From a virus, in IMG/VR virus record IMGVR_UViG_3300037264_001603, positions 1 to 64,000 of that record: a stretch of 64,000 nt of DNA. One strand, given 5' to 3'. The notes below the pieces were generated by a model, which saw only the letters and a list, made by a program, of their open reading frames with translations, searched no databases and was not told the DNA's origin. Position 1 is the stretch's first letter, and each line of letters opens with the position of its first letter. Shown here piece after piece: positions 17,848 to 27,272 of the stretch. The translations under genes and the position numbers were made by a program.

Positions 17848-18879
17848 ATGCCAACTCTAACTCCCAAAATCGCGCTCAAAAAGCCAGTAGTAAACGTAGA
17901 GACCGATTGGGGGCTTAGGCTAAACGAGACGATTGATATTCTGGACGGCGCGGCCCTAACCGCCAACATCACTGGTCTAGGTAACGTTGTTTATACCGAC
18001 AGTGGGGGTGGCACCGTAACCGTCAGTGGAAGGCTTCTGGTCGGTAAGGGCGCGATTACCCTGATTACCGAAGGTAGCGCTATTGTCATCAGCGGCACCG
18101 GTGGAACGCACGGGGCCCTTCCGGGCTTGGGAAACGACGATCATCCGCAGTATGCCCATCTGGCTCAGAACGAGACGATTTCTGGAACGTGGAACTTCGT
18201 AGGACATCCTACCATCTCTGGTACCCCGGTAGTAACAGGAACAGCCCACGGGAACCTATCCGGACTACTCAACGACAACCATCCTCAGTACGTACTGGTA
18301 GATGGTACTAGGACAATTACTGGCAACCTTACTGTAGCCAGTGGTATTACGGCCACTTCGATTGACGTTTCGTTGGTCAGTGCTTCTTCAGGTACGATCA
18401 CTAATACTCTTACCGTGGGGTCAGGTGTAGTAAACATCAATCCTAATGGGGTTACGATTTCGGGTATTCGAGTAGCTACGATCAATGACATTCTGACAAT
18501 CAGTGGTAGCGGACGCCAGGCCTTCAGAACTATCAATGCGGTTGGATCAGGCACGCACAGTATGGTCGCAAGTGATTATCTGGTGGTAGTAACAGGATCA
18601 GCCACCTACGCAGAATTGATCTTACCTCCTATCAGTTCGGTTTTGGGGCAAACATTCCGAATACAGCTACCTTACAATGGTCCTTTGAGTGATAGGTACC
18701 CCAACCTAACCAGTGTTGTAGTCGATGCCCAAGCAGGAGAGTTGCGAGAAGGTACAGATGTCGCTTCCTATGATCTTCTCTACTACCAAATTACCCCGGC
18801 CGGAGATCCCCTCGGAATGGAGTTCATGGCGGTTGGCGGCGATTTAGGATGGACAGCACTGATTGATCGAGACGTCTAA
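17848..18879 (+). CDS. fiber-like virion protein
   Basis: Two HGxLxGLxxDxHPQY motifs; T/S/G-rich beta repeats. Confidence 0.7.
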   Translation: MPTLTPKIALKKPVVNVETDWGLRLNETIDILDGAALTANITGLGNVVYTDSGGGTVTVSGRLLVGKGAITLITEGSAIVISGTGGTHGALPGLGNDDHPQYAHLAQNETISGTWNFVGHPTISGTPVVTGTAHGNLSGLLNDNHPQYVLVDGTRTITGNLTVASGITATSIDVSLVSASSGTITNTLTVGSGVVNINPNGVTISGIRVATINDILTISGSGRQAFRTINAVGSGTHSMVASDYLVVVTGSATYAELILPPISSVLGQTFRIQLPYNGPLSDRYPNLTSVVVDAQAGELREGTDVASYDLLYYQITPAGDPLGMEFMAVGGDLGWTALIDRDV

Positions 18880-19685
18880 TGGTTACCCTGAGTGTTTACA
18901 ACGAAGGCATCTACAACGATGGGATCTACAACCTCGCTGTTTCGGGCACCACCGCCTCCATCGAGTTGGATGGTAAGAACCAGTACCTGGGAACGTACGA
19001 GCCATCGACATTAGGAGTTGCTAACACTTGGACTCTAGGTTTGTGGGCCAAGCCTCTAACCAATCCTGAACATACCGCAGTCTTTTCTACAGCCAGCCAC
19101 CGGCGCACCAATGAGATCGATGTATTCGTTACACCGATCGCCAGAGAATCTCAAGAACTCGGAAAGAGACCGGCATCACTTCGCGTAATGATCAAGGATG
19201 CCTCGGGAACCACTCTCAAACATTTTGGTTGGGGAGATTTCTTCAAGACCGATGTGTGGACGCATGCGTTCATCCAATGGAATGGCACTGCGCTTACCGC
19301 CTACAAAGATGGCGCGCTAACCACTACTGGTGTGGTACTTACCAGCGTTACTGGAACTATGACAGATGAGTCGCGTCAGATCTTCATGGGCTCTGCTGTG
19401 GCCGGAGTTACTGCCACCTTCAGTGGAATCCTTGGGCACTTTGCCATGTGGAACTCCATTCTTTCCCCCGCCGAATTGGTGGTTGTTTACAGCGGTGGTT
19501 TCGACATAGATCTAACCTCCGCGTCCGGTAGTTATGTTTCCACAAGCAGCTTGAAGCATTACTGGAAGCCTGGTTTGGACGACACCAACATTGGCAAGGA
19601 CTTTGCGGTTAGCGGCACTACTCCCATTGATTTGACCAAGCAGCATAATCTGACCACGGCCAACATTTCTGCGGAGGTCCCATAA
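18879..19685 (+). CDS. LamG-like virion protein
   Basis: Paralogue of 2040..2858. Confidence 0.78.
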   Translation: MVTLSVYNEGIYNDGIYNLAVSGTTASIELDGKNQYLGTYEPSTLGVANTWTLGLWAKPLTNPEHTAVFSTASHRRTNEIDVFVTPIARESQELGKRPASLRVMIKDASGTTLKHFGWGDFFKTDVWTHAFIQWNGTALTAYKDGALTTTGVVLTSVTGTMTDESRQIFMGSAVAGVTATFSGILGHFAMWNSILSPAELVVVYSGGFDIDLTSASGSYVSTSSLKHYWKPGLDDTNIGKDFAVSGTTPIDLTKQHNLTTANISAEVP

Positions 19686-20377
19686 TGGTAGGCAGTCTAA
19701 CTACTGTAGCCACAGGGATCCAAGGTGTGAATGGTAAGTCTCTTTCCTGGGAGATGATCACTACTGGTCCGCTTACCGCCAAACAGACATTGGTAGTCGT
19801 CGTAGCTGGTGTTGATTCGCAGAAAGCGATTCCTATCGTTGCCACCATATCGGGCTCAGCCAAGTCTCCATTTGCGGCAGTACCTTTGACTACGGCCACC
19901 AGTTTTACCGGCCCCGGCGGACACAGCTTTCCCTGTGTGTGGATGATGACGCGACATGCGCCAATCCCAATTGCTGGGACAGTTACCGGTACTATCTACG
20001 TGGAATTCAGTGAAATAGTCAATCGCATGTGCGGGATGTCTGCAATCATTAGCGGAACCAGTGGAAACTACGATGGTGCCGCCGGCGGAATTGCACAGCA
20101 TACCGATTTGCCAAACTTCTTTCTTTCCAGCGCGCACACCACAACCGGAACCAATTCAGTTTTGGTTGACGTGTGCATGTCGGAAGCCAGTAATCACCAA
20201 ACGCATACTTTGGGGGCCAGTCAAACAGACGTCGGCAATGTCTTCTTTACGGGGCCCAAGTATTCGGTTTCCCTCAAGCAGGCCCCTACCCCCGGCACTG
20301 GTACTATGAGTCGGGCAGATGTGGGCGGGCCGTTTGCTGGAGTATCCCTCGTTATCCTAGGACTACAGGGGCAGTAA
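19685..20377 (+). CDS. LamG partner virion protein
   Basis: Paralogue of 2855..3580. Confidence 0.65.
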   Translation: MVGSLTTVATGIQGVNGKSLSWEMITTGPLTAKQTLVVVVAGVDSQKAIPIVATISGSAKSPFAAVPLTTATSFTGPGGHSFPCVWMMTRHAPIPIAGTVTGTIYVEFSEIVNRMCGMSAIISGTSGNYDGAAGGIAQHTDLPNFFLSSAHTTTGTNSVLVDVCMSEASNHQTHTLGASQTDVGNVFFTGPKYSVSLKQAPTPGTGTMSRADVGGPFAGVSLVILGLQGQ

Positions 20378-20721
20378 TGTACCATAAAGAAGACACACGA
20401 CCTTGGGGTAAGTTTGAGCAGTTCACCTGGAACGAGAAGACCACCGTTAAGATCATCACGGTCAATCCAGGGCAACAGCTTTCTATTCAAAGACACCAGC
20501 GGCGATCCGAGTTCTGGGTCGCCCTTGATGAAGGACTCATTACCTACTTGGAAGGAGAGTGGCGGGTATTTCACAAGGGTGATACTTTTAACATCGCCGC
20601 TCACAAAATTCATTCTATTCGGAATGAATACCAGAAGCCAGCGCGCTTCTTAGAAATCGCCTTTGGCCACTTTGACGAAGACGATATTGAGCGCCTGGAA
20701 GACAAATACGGGAGAAGCTAA
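20377..20721 (+). CDS. mannose-6-phosphate isomerase type II C-terminal cupin
   Basis: RPWG, LSIQRH.RRSEFW, HSIRN, EDDIERLEDKYGR. Confidence 0.88.
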   Translation: MYHKEDTRPWGKFEQFTWNEKTTVKIITVNPGQQLSIQRHQRRSEFWVALDEGLITYLEGEWRVFHKGDTFNIAAHKIHSIRNEYQKPARFLEIAFGHFDEDDIERLEDKYGRS

Positions 20722-20722
20722 A

Positions 20723-20947
20723 ATGGTAAAAGTATTCAAGCCTACGGGAAAAGATACCGTTTCTAATCGCAAGATTACGCAAACTGCCGATGATCGAAAA
20801 CAACAGCTCAAGGACTTTCGAGCGGACAAAGAGCATAAGCAGAAGCTCAAGGACGAGCGATATGCCAAGATGGCTGAGCGTAAGAAGCGTCCCTCCTCTC
20901 CTAAGGGCGGCGGTGGGATTGACATCCGGGTGACTGGAGAAAACTAA
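20723..20947 (+). CDS. small basic protein
   Basis: GGAG SD; K/R-rich. Confidence 0.6.
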   Translation: MVKVFKPTGKDTVSNRKITQTADDRKQQLKDFRADKEHKQKLKDERYAKMAERKKRPSSPKGGGGIDIRVTGEN

Positions 20948-21007
20948 GCAATTGTCTTATGATTACATCTGACAAGAACACACATCTTGTCAGCGGCGGA
21001 GGTGTCT

Positions 21008-22213
21008 ATGAAAGTGCTCCGAGGAGAGAGCGGCATTACCATTTTGTTCCGCCCAATGAAAACCGGATTGGTGGACATGCGCTATTTGGTAATGTGTGGC
21101 GCGGTAGACGAGTCCCCCGCGGAACGAGGGTTCTGCCACGCCTTAGAGCACATGGTGTTCGCTGGTACTGACAAGCGGTCATGGCTACAGATCAACAGAG
21201 ATTGGGAGAAGCTAGGAACCTCCTATAACGCCATAACCGCACAAGATCGCACCTATTACATCGCCACAACCCTGAGGCGAAATTGGAAAGAATGCTACGA
21301 AGTATTGGCCGACATGTTTTACAATTGCAAATTTCCAACGGAGCGCTGGGAAGACATTGAGAAGCCGGCTATCATTTCGGAGATCCTGGACAGCTTGGAC
21401 GATGAAACCTCCGTATTGGAAGAAGAACTCTACATGCATGGAATTGGTGACCGATACCACCCTATCATGGGAGACATTGAGACTATCAAGAACGCCTCTG
21501 TTTCTGACCTCACCAACTTTTATGACCGATACTATCGTGGTTCCAGTGTGTTGCTTTTTATCTCCGGGGACCTCACAGAAGAGGAAGTTCTGCAAGAAGT
21601 GAATAGATACGACCGACTCCGGCCTTCTTCTCCTATTCGCAGGCAGAGATTTGATTTCGAGTTCAACCACGAAGATCTAGATGTTATCGATCCAGGCATC
21701 AAGCAGTGCTACCTACAGGCCCTGCTGCCTCTAAATGTTCCACGCAAATATACTACTCGTACTGCCATAGGCGTGGGAGTCAATTGCCTTTCCCAATTCC
21801 TCTTTGAAGAACTCCGAGAGAAGCGAGGGTTGGTTTATGGTGCCGATGCCTCTTTGTACTGGGACATTCCTGGACGTATCTTTCTGCACCTCCAGACTGC
21901 GACCGATAAGAGTCTATTGGAGAAGACCGAAGCTGCTTTCTTGGAAGCCATTGCTAAGTTCCCGGAAGAAGGACTATCTGGTGAACGTATTCGTAACATG
22001 AAGCTTTTGGAAGAGCACGTGGTGACCAGTGATTCCGAAGATCTAAGCACTTCCGCCGATTGGATGTGGGATGCTTGGAAAGAAGATGTATTTGAAGATC
22101 CGTATAGCAACCACGCTAAGACGGTAGAGTCCCTGTCTGTCGATTCGATTAGGGAAACGACCCGCACCCACGTCAAGGGTGTTTACAAACTTGGAAGGTT
22201 GGTAGAAGACTAA
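21008..22213 (+). CDS. M16 family zinc peptidase
   Basis: HALEHMVF, NAxT, T.Y, LFEELREKRGLVY. Confidence 0.9.
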   Translation: MKVLRGESGITILFRPMKTGLVDMRYLVMCGAVDESPAERGFCHALEHMVFAGTDKRSWLQINRDWEKLGTSYNAITAQDRTYYIATTLRRNWKECYEVLADMFYNCKFPTERWEDIEKPAIISEILDSLDDETSVLEEELYMHGIGDRYHPIMGDIETIKNASVSDLTNFYDRYYRGSSVLLFISGDLTEEEVLQEVNRYDRLRPSSPIRRQRFDFEFNHEDLDVIDPGIKQCYLQALLPLNVPRKYTTRTAIGVGVNCLSQFLFEELREKRGLVYGADASLYWDIPGRIFLHLQTATDKSLLEKTEAAFLEAIAKFPEEGLSGERIRNMKLLEEHVVTSDSEDLSTSADWMWDAWKEDVFEDPYSNHAKTVESLSVDSIRETTRTHVKGVYKLGRLVED

Positions 22214-23202
22214 TGCGCGAAGCTCTTACTTTTGATGATGTGGCCCTTGTTCCTCGTTACAACAATGTTCAGAGCCGGACAGAGCCCGATCTGAGCACCT
22301 GGCTTACCAGAAACTTGAAGATTGGTATGCCTTTGGTTCCAGCTAACATGGATACGGTAATCGGACCCGAGTTAGCTCAAGTCATTGTGTCTAATGGTGG
22401 TATTCCCATTTTCCATCGCTTCACTAACCTGGAAACCCAGAAGAAGTGGGTCGAGGAGTTCCAAGGAAAGGTGGTCTTGTCCTGTGGGATTGGTAAAACA
22501 GATGAAGTCGCTAGGATTCTTGATCTCGGTGCTGTTGGCATTTGCTTTGATGTCGCCCATGGGCATTCCGAAAAGATGGTCAACTTGGTCGGATGGGTCA
22601 AAACTCATTATCCGAACGTGGAAGTTATCGCCGGAAACGTTTGTACAGCAAGGGCGTATCACGATCTTGTTAATGCAGGTGCAGATGCTGTTAAGGTTGG
22701 CATCGGTCCTGGTGCGGCTTGCACTACCCGAGTTGTCACAGGCTTTGGTGTTCCGCAGTTTACAGCTATCAAGGATTGCGCAGAAGAAGCACAACATTTC
22801 CGTGTTCCTGTCATTGCAGACGGCGGGATACGAACTTCAGCAGACATCGTCAAAGCACTGGCTGCTGGTGCCTCTACAGTAATGATGGGTAAGGTGTTTG
22901 CGCTAACAGACGAGAGCGCTGCAGAGAAGCTCAATGGTCGAGCCAAATACCGCGGACAGGCCAGTGAGGATTTCCAGAACGAGTACTATGGCGGCCTCAA
23001 AGAAAAGACCGTAGCAGAAGGTACTGATTTCTGGGCCCCGGTAACAGACAGTGCCCAAGCTGTCATTGATCAATTCCTGGGTGGTTTACGCAGCGGCATG
23101 ACCTATGCCGGTGCGCGAGACATCAAGGAACTACAGAGGAAGGCCGAATTCGTCAAAGTAACCGGATCCTACTCCGTCGAAAGTAACCCCAGGAGAGACT
23201 AA
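22213..23202 (+). CDS. IMP dehydrogenase/GMP reductase family (no CBS domains)
   Basis: [42 protein letters not shown]. Confidence 0.9.
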   Translation: MREALTFDDVALVPRYNNVQSRTEPDLSTWLTRNLKIGMPLVPANMDTVIGPELAQVIVSNGGIPIFHRFTNLETQKKWVEEFQGKVVLSCGIGKTDEVARILDLGAVGICFDVAHGHSEKMVNLVGWVKTHYPNVEVIAGNVCTARAYHDLVNAGADAVKVGIGPGAACTTRVVTGFGVPQFTAIKDCAEEAQHFRVPVIADGGIRTSADIVKALAAGASTVMMGKVFALTDESAAEKLNGRAKYRGQASEDFQNEYYGGLKEKTVAEGTDFWAPVTDSAQAVIDQFLGGLRSGMTYAGARDIKELQRKAEFVKVTGSYSVESNPRRD

Positions 23203-23960
23203 TGGCAGTAAAAATCACCACGGAACTACTCGAACGCGAAAAAGAAGTTCGAGGGTTCATTGAAACCTACGCAGATCTATTCGATCTGGATCCTAACCTC
23301 ATTCGGGGACTGATCACCCAAGAGTCTCGCTTTGTAGCGGAAGCTACCAGCCCAACTGGCTGTTTCGGTTACGGGCAGTTCTCCCATATTGGGGCTAAAC
23401 AAGTTCAGAACATTGCGGCTATGACCGATAAGGCAGCTGATCTGGTTTCCTTTACCAAGCAGAACGCGTCTGATCCCGACGACGGCATCAAGGCGGTCTG
23501 TGCAACCCTCTGGTGGCTCTTCAACAAGAAGTATCATCAGATTACGGATAAGAAGATACAACTGGAAGCAGTTCTCACCTTCTACAATGCAGGAGGCCGG
23601 CCAGCCGCTTTGGTAGTTCAGCACGGCGGTCACGAGAATGCGGTAGAGTTTATCAAGGCCCTGCCCAGGAATCTTCGCAGCCAAGGTGCCACCTACGCAC
23701 CAGAAGTAGCCCAGTGGTTTATCGCTTGGCATGAGCACATGTCCGCCGCGGCCGTCGCAGCCCGGCCCACTCCTGCAACTCCGGTCACGAGGCCCGTCAA
23801 TCCGTTTGACGAGAGGACCCGTGGACTTGATGTGCGCTACAAGGCACTCATCGAAGCACTTCGTTTGATGGACGAGGGCGACGACACCGTGGACATGCTC
23901 ATCAACGTGCGAGATGGACTTACTGAAGTAACAATTATCTTTCCCGGAGAATTAAACTAG
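23202..23960 (+). CDS. lytic transglycosylase (SLT domain)
   Basis: QESRF, SxxGxxGxGQF, YNAG. Confidence 0.82.
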   Translation: MAVKITTELLEREKEVRGFIETYADLFDLDPNLIRGLITQESRFVAEATSPTGCFGYGQFSHIGAKQVQNIAAMTDKAADLVSFTKQNASDPDDGIKAVCATLWWLFNKKYHQITDKKIQLEAVLTFYNAGGRPAALVVQHGGHENAVEFIKALPRNLRSQGATYAPEVAQWFIAWHEHMSAAAVAARPTPATPVTRPVNPFDERTRGLDVRYKALIEALRLMDEGDDTVDMLINVRDGLTEVTIIFPGELN

Positions 23961-23961
23961 T

Positions 23962-24735
23962 ATGATTGATGGGCAGGATACGGTGGTCAAGACTCCCGAA
24001 CAAATAGAGAAGATGAGAATTTCTGCGGCTTTACTTTCGCGATGCCTAGATATACTGGTGGGACTCGCGAAGCCAGGTAAGTCAGGAAAGGAACTAGACG
24101 CGGTTGCGGAGGAATTTATCCGCGACCACGGCGCAGTTCCAGCTTTCAAGGATTATGGGCCAGCAACCCACCCCTTTCCTTCTTCGATCTGCTTTTCCCG
24201 CAATAGTGTCGTGGTTCACGGCATTCCTACGGAAACGGAAATTATTGAAGAAGGAGATCTCATAACCATTGATTGCGGTTTGAGTTTGGATGGGTGGTTT
24301 GCAGATGCGGCCCGCTTGTTCGGTGTGGGTCAGATCACCGACGAGGACAGAGACATCATTGCGTGGAGTGAGAAGGCTATCGGCGCAGGAATTGACGCGT
24401 GTGTTGTGGGGAACAAACTGGGGGATGTATGTTACGCGATCCAATGCTCTATTGGTCGCAGCCCGTACTACAACATCACGCAATTCTGCGGTCATGCCAT
24501 CGGGCAACGAATGCACGAGGATCCGCAGGTTCCTAACTGCGGATTCAAGGGCAAAGGATTGGAGTTACAGCCAGGAATGGTTTTCTGTTTAGAGCCCATG
24601 CTCAAGAAAACCGACGTTAGTCTGGGGATTCTCCCCGACAAATGGACGATCGTAACTCGGGATGGCACCCGGGCAACACATATAGAACACATGGTCTTAG
24701 TTACCGAAACTAAGCCCGAAATTCTCACTGCATAA
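23962..24735 (+). CDS. map: methionine aminopeptidase type I
   Basis: HGIP, IDCG, DAA, GHAIG..MHEDP, EPM, HIEH. Confidence 0.95.
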   Translation: MIDGQDTVVKTPEQIEKMRISAALLSRCLDILVGLAKPGKSGKELDAVAEEFIRDHGAVPAFKDYGPATHPFPSSICFSRNSVVVHGIPTETEIIEEGDLITIDCGLSLDGWFADAARLFGVGQITDEDRDIIAWSEKAIGAGIDACVVGNKLGDVCYAIQCSIGRSPYYNITQFCGHAIGQRMHEDPQVPNCGFKGKGLELQPGMVFCLEPMLKKTDVSLGILPDKWTIVTRDGTRATHIEHMVLVTETKPEILTA

Positions 24736-24813
24736 ACGCAGTTTCTGTCGTATAATTCTCAAGTGCGGATAAGTGTCCGCGACGACAGCACAGAATTTCC
24801 TAGGAGTTATACA

Positions 24814-25038
24814 ATGGTTAATGGAGTAGTAAAGTGGTTTGATGCTAAGAAGGGATACGGTTTCGTCGTTTCCCCTGAGGTTGATGGTGATGTATTTGTT
24901 CACTACACCAAGATCAAGATGGAAGGCTTCAAGAAGCTGGAGACTGGCGAGAAGGTCTCCTTTGACCTCATTCGCACCCCCGCTGGGAAGCCTCAGGCAG
25001 ATAACGTTGTTCGAAACGGAGTAGAAACACAAGACTAG
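24814..25038 (+). CDS. cold-shock domain protein
   Basis: GVVKWF, KGYGF, DVFVHY; AGGAG SD. Confidence 0.93.
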   Translation: MVNGVVKWFDAKKGYGFVVSPEVDGDVFVHYTKIKMEGFKKLETGEKVSFDLIRTPAGKPQADNVVRNGVETQD

Positions 25039-25042
25039 GGAT

Positions 25043-25071
25043 TTGACAAAAAAGCCCAGATGTCTTATGAT
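25043..25071 (+). promoter_or_regulatory. sigma70-like promoter
   Basis: TTGACA-17nt-TATGAT. Confidence 0.8.
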
Positions 25072-25092
25072 TGCTGTGGGAGGATTAAAACA

Positions 25093-25365
25093 GTGGGCAA
25101 TACAACTTACGTGGATTTAGAGATCCTTGCCGATCTCGGAGACGAGTATTTGGTACGCGTAGGCAAGGACGGGTTGAATGCTCTGGTGGAGTTTGATGCT
25201 ACCCTGGTTGTTCGCCATTGGGATGGGGAAAAGCCGGTGGTGCTTGAGCCGTATGGAGATACCGCGGTTCGTACCAGAGAAGATGCCAGAAGTACCAATA
25301 ACTTGGAGAATTTGCCAAACGTAGACGTGGACGAGCTACTCACGTGGCTCGTGACCCAGGAGTGA
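25093..25365 (+). CDS. hypothetical protein with DUF3892-like C-terminus
   Basis: VRTxxDxxxxNNLxNLP; GAGG SD before GTG. Confidence 0.5.
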   Translation: MGNTTYVDLEILADLGDEYLVRVGKDGLNALVEFDATLVVRHWDGEKPVVLEPYGDTAVRTREDARSTNNLENLPNVDVDELLTWLVTQE

Positions 25366-25370
25366 TTCGA

Positions 25371-25499
25371 GTATTAGGTTCTCCCTCCAGGGTATGTGGG
25401 GAATCTTCCCCCGGGCCTTCAGTGCCCTACCCGACCGCGTCTGCGGATACAATGGCCTAAGAACCTAAAAATACATTGTACGGAGGGAAATACACAATG
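25371..25499 (+). promoter_or_regulatory. structured RNA leader (riboswitch-like, SD-sequestering)
   Basis: Seven complementary segments read directly; anti-SD TCCCTCC pairs with GGAGGGA. Confidence 0.6.
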
Positions 25500-25772
25500 G
25501 GTGTACTAAAGCACGACGGAACTGTAGTCAATCTTGACGCGCTTGATTCCGTGTTCGATACCAATGCCAATGGCTTTGGTCCTGAGACCACGAGCAACCC
25601 TGACATGGTAGCAGGCGTCAAGGCGAATATGGCAGGCATGCCTTGGACTGGTGGATACAGCCTACCTACGGGTAATCGCTCTTCCAGCACTGGGCTTCCG
25701 CATGTTAGCCTCGGTCGAAGTGGCAAGCTCCCAGCGGGCAACGCTACTCTGGCTGGCGTAACGACTCGATAA
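25497..25772 (+). CDS. Gly/Thr-rich small protein
   Basis: GGAGG SD before ATG 25497. Confidence 0.7.
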   Translation: MGVLKHDGTVVNLDALDSVFDTNANGFGPETTSNPDMVAGVKANMAGMPWTGGYSLPTGNRSSSTGLPHVSLGRSGKLPAGNATLAGVTTR

Positions 25773-25829
25773 GCGCAGTCAACTTCATTACGGCTGGCCA
25801 AGGGCAATCCTTGGCCCGCCCCAAGATGC

Positions 25830-25862
25830 GGGTGTCCCCCCAAAGGGGGGCATCCTTTCTTA
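25830..25862 (+). terminator. intrinsic terminator
   Basis: GGTGTCCCCCC-AAA-GGGGGGCATCC followed by TTTCTT. Confidence 0.7.
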
Positions 25863-25901
25863 CATCGTCCGAGGATTTGAATCCTACAGGAGGTGTATTC
25901 T

Positions 25902-26102
25902 ATGGAAGATCTAGTACTAGGCGCGCTTGGACTAGTCTCCGGTGCAATTCACTGGGGCCTTTCTAACGCACTACCCCTAGCAGTCGGTGCAGTACTTGGT
26001 GGCCCTCTCGGTCACGCCGCTCTTGGAATGGTTGGCGACGTCCTTAGCAGAACTAAGGAAGTAGTTGACTCCATCGGCTCTGCCATTTCTGGCAAGAAGT
26101 AG
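25902..26102 (+). CDS. glycine-zipper membrane peptide
   Basis: AGGAGG SD; GxxxG-rich hydrophobic helix. Confidence 0.7.
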   Translation: MEDLVLGALGLVSGAIHWGLSNALPLAVGAVLGGPLGHAALGMVGDVLSRTKEVVDSIGSAISGKK

Positions 26103-26162
26103 TTCACCAGTATTTGGAAAGGGGCCTGGTACTACCAGTCTCCTTTCTCCAGAGGTTTTCTA

Positions 26163-26603
26163 ATGAAAATGAGCTTTGCCAATTTGAACAAAGATGGGCT
26201 CCATGGAGCTACTGTAGACGGAAACACGCTATTTTTTCAGTGTGTGAAGCCTTTGATTATCCAGCCTGCGGAAATCCAAAAAGTTCATGTTGGAATAGAA
26301 CTTAGAATTCCCGAAGGATTTGTTCTCAATGTCAGTACTCACCCCAAGCTTGCAGATAAAGCAGGGGAGGTCTTTCCGGCCCTTACAGCTGTAGATCATA
26401 CCCATGTGGGTGAAGTAGTGATTCCAGTGCGCAACAACGGGCGCAATCCTTTGAGCCTAATGGTTGGAATGGTATTCGCACGTGGACATTTGGTTCGCGT
26501 CGAGGAGCTAGAATTCACGGAGGAAGCCCCGACGGTGGTTCCTACCGACCTACCTCGCACCCAACCGCAACGGAAGAATCCGTTCAACTTTGAGGTAAAG
26601 TAA
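26163..26603 (+). CDS. catalytically degenerate dUTPase-fold protein
   Basis: dUTPase spacing, but motifs 1, 2 and 4 are altered, motif 3 is degenerate and motif 5 is absent. Confidence 0.7.
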   Translation: MKMSFANLNKDGLHGATVDGNTLFFQCVKPLIIQPAEIQKVHVGIELRIPEGFVLNVSTHPKLADKAGEVFPALTAVDHTHVGEVVIPVRNNGRNPLSLMVGMVFARGHLVRVEELEFTEEAPTVVPTDLPRTQPQRKNPFNFEVK

Positions 26604-27034
26604 TGAAGTTCGTTTTGAAGCGTCTTCACGAAGATGCAATTGTTCCGACTTATCAAACCCCCGGATCAGCTGGTGCAGACCTCTGCTCCGTAGAGGATGT
26701 TGAGATTCCTGAGGGACAAACCCGGGTGGTAAGTACTGGACTTGCTATAGAAATTCCTGCTGGATTCGAGATACAGATTCGTCCCCGAAGCGGCTTGGCG
26801 GCCAAGCACTCGGTCACTGTTCTCAATACACCAGGGACCATCGACAGCGACTATCGAGGTGAGGTAAAAGTCATCCTCATCAACCACGGAACCCGGCCTT
26901 TTGCAATTACCAAGGGTGATAGAATCGCACAGATGGTTATTGGCCGCGTATTTCAAGCGGGCTTCGAAGAGGCCCTCGAACTGAATCAGACCCTCCGCGG
27001 CGCGGGGGGTTTCGGTTCCACAGGAAGGAATTAG
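26603..27034 (+). CDS. dut: trimeric dUTPase
   Basis: [34 protein letters not shown]. Confidence 0.97.
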   Translation: MKFVLKRLHEDAIVPTYQTPGSAGADLCSVEDVEIPEGQTRVVSTGLAIEIPAGFEIQIRPRSGLAAKHSVTVLNTPGTIDSDYRGEVKVILINHGTRPFAITKGDRIAQMVIGRVFQAGFEEALELNQTLRGAGGFGSTGRN

Positions 27035-27035
27035 C

Positions 27036-27272
27036 ATGGAAGCTCAGTTACCTATTAACGTTGGTTGTGAAGTTCAAGTTGCAGCTCAAGATGGTATCGC
27101 TACCGTAACCGTGCCCCCGGAATTACGTCTCACGGAAAGGCTAGTCACCTTCTTGAATGCTGCTTTACAGGCTCGTGATCTCACCCTTAAGCATTGGACT
27201 ATTACCACCCCCGAACAGGAAAAGGAATTGGAGAGCCTACCCAATGTCAAGATGGAGCAAACCAAAGAATAA
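27036..27272 (+). CDS. hypothetical protein
   Basis: Packed operon. Confidence 0.6.
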   Translation: MEAQLPINVGCEVQVAAQDGIATVTVPPELRLTERLVTFLNAALQARDLTLKHWTITTPEQEKELESLPNVKMEQTKE

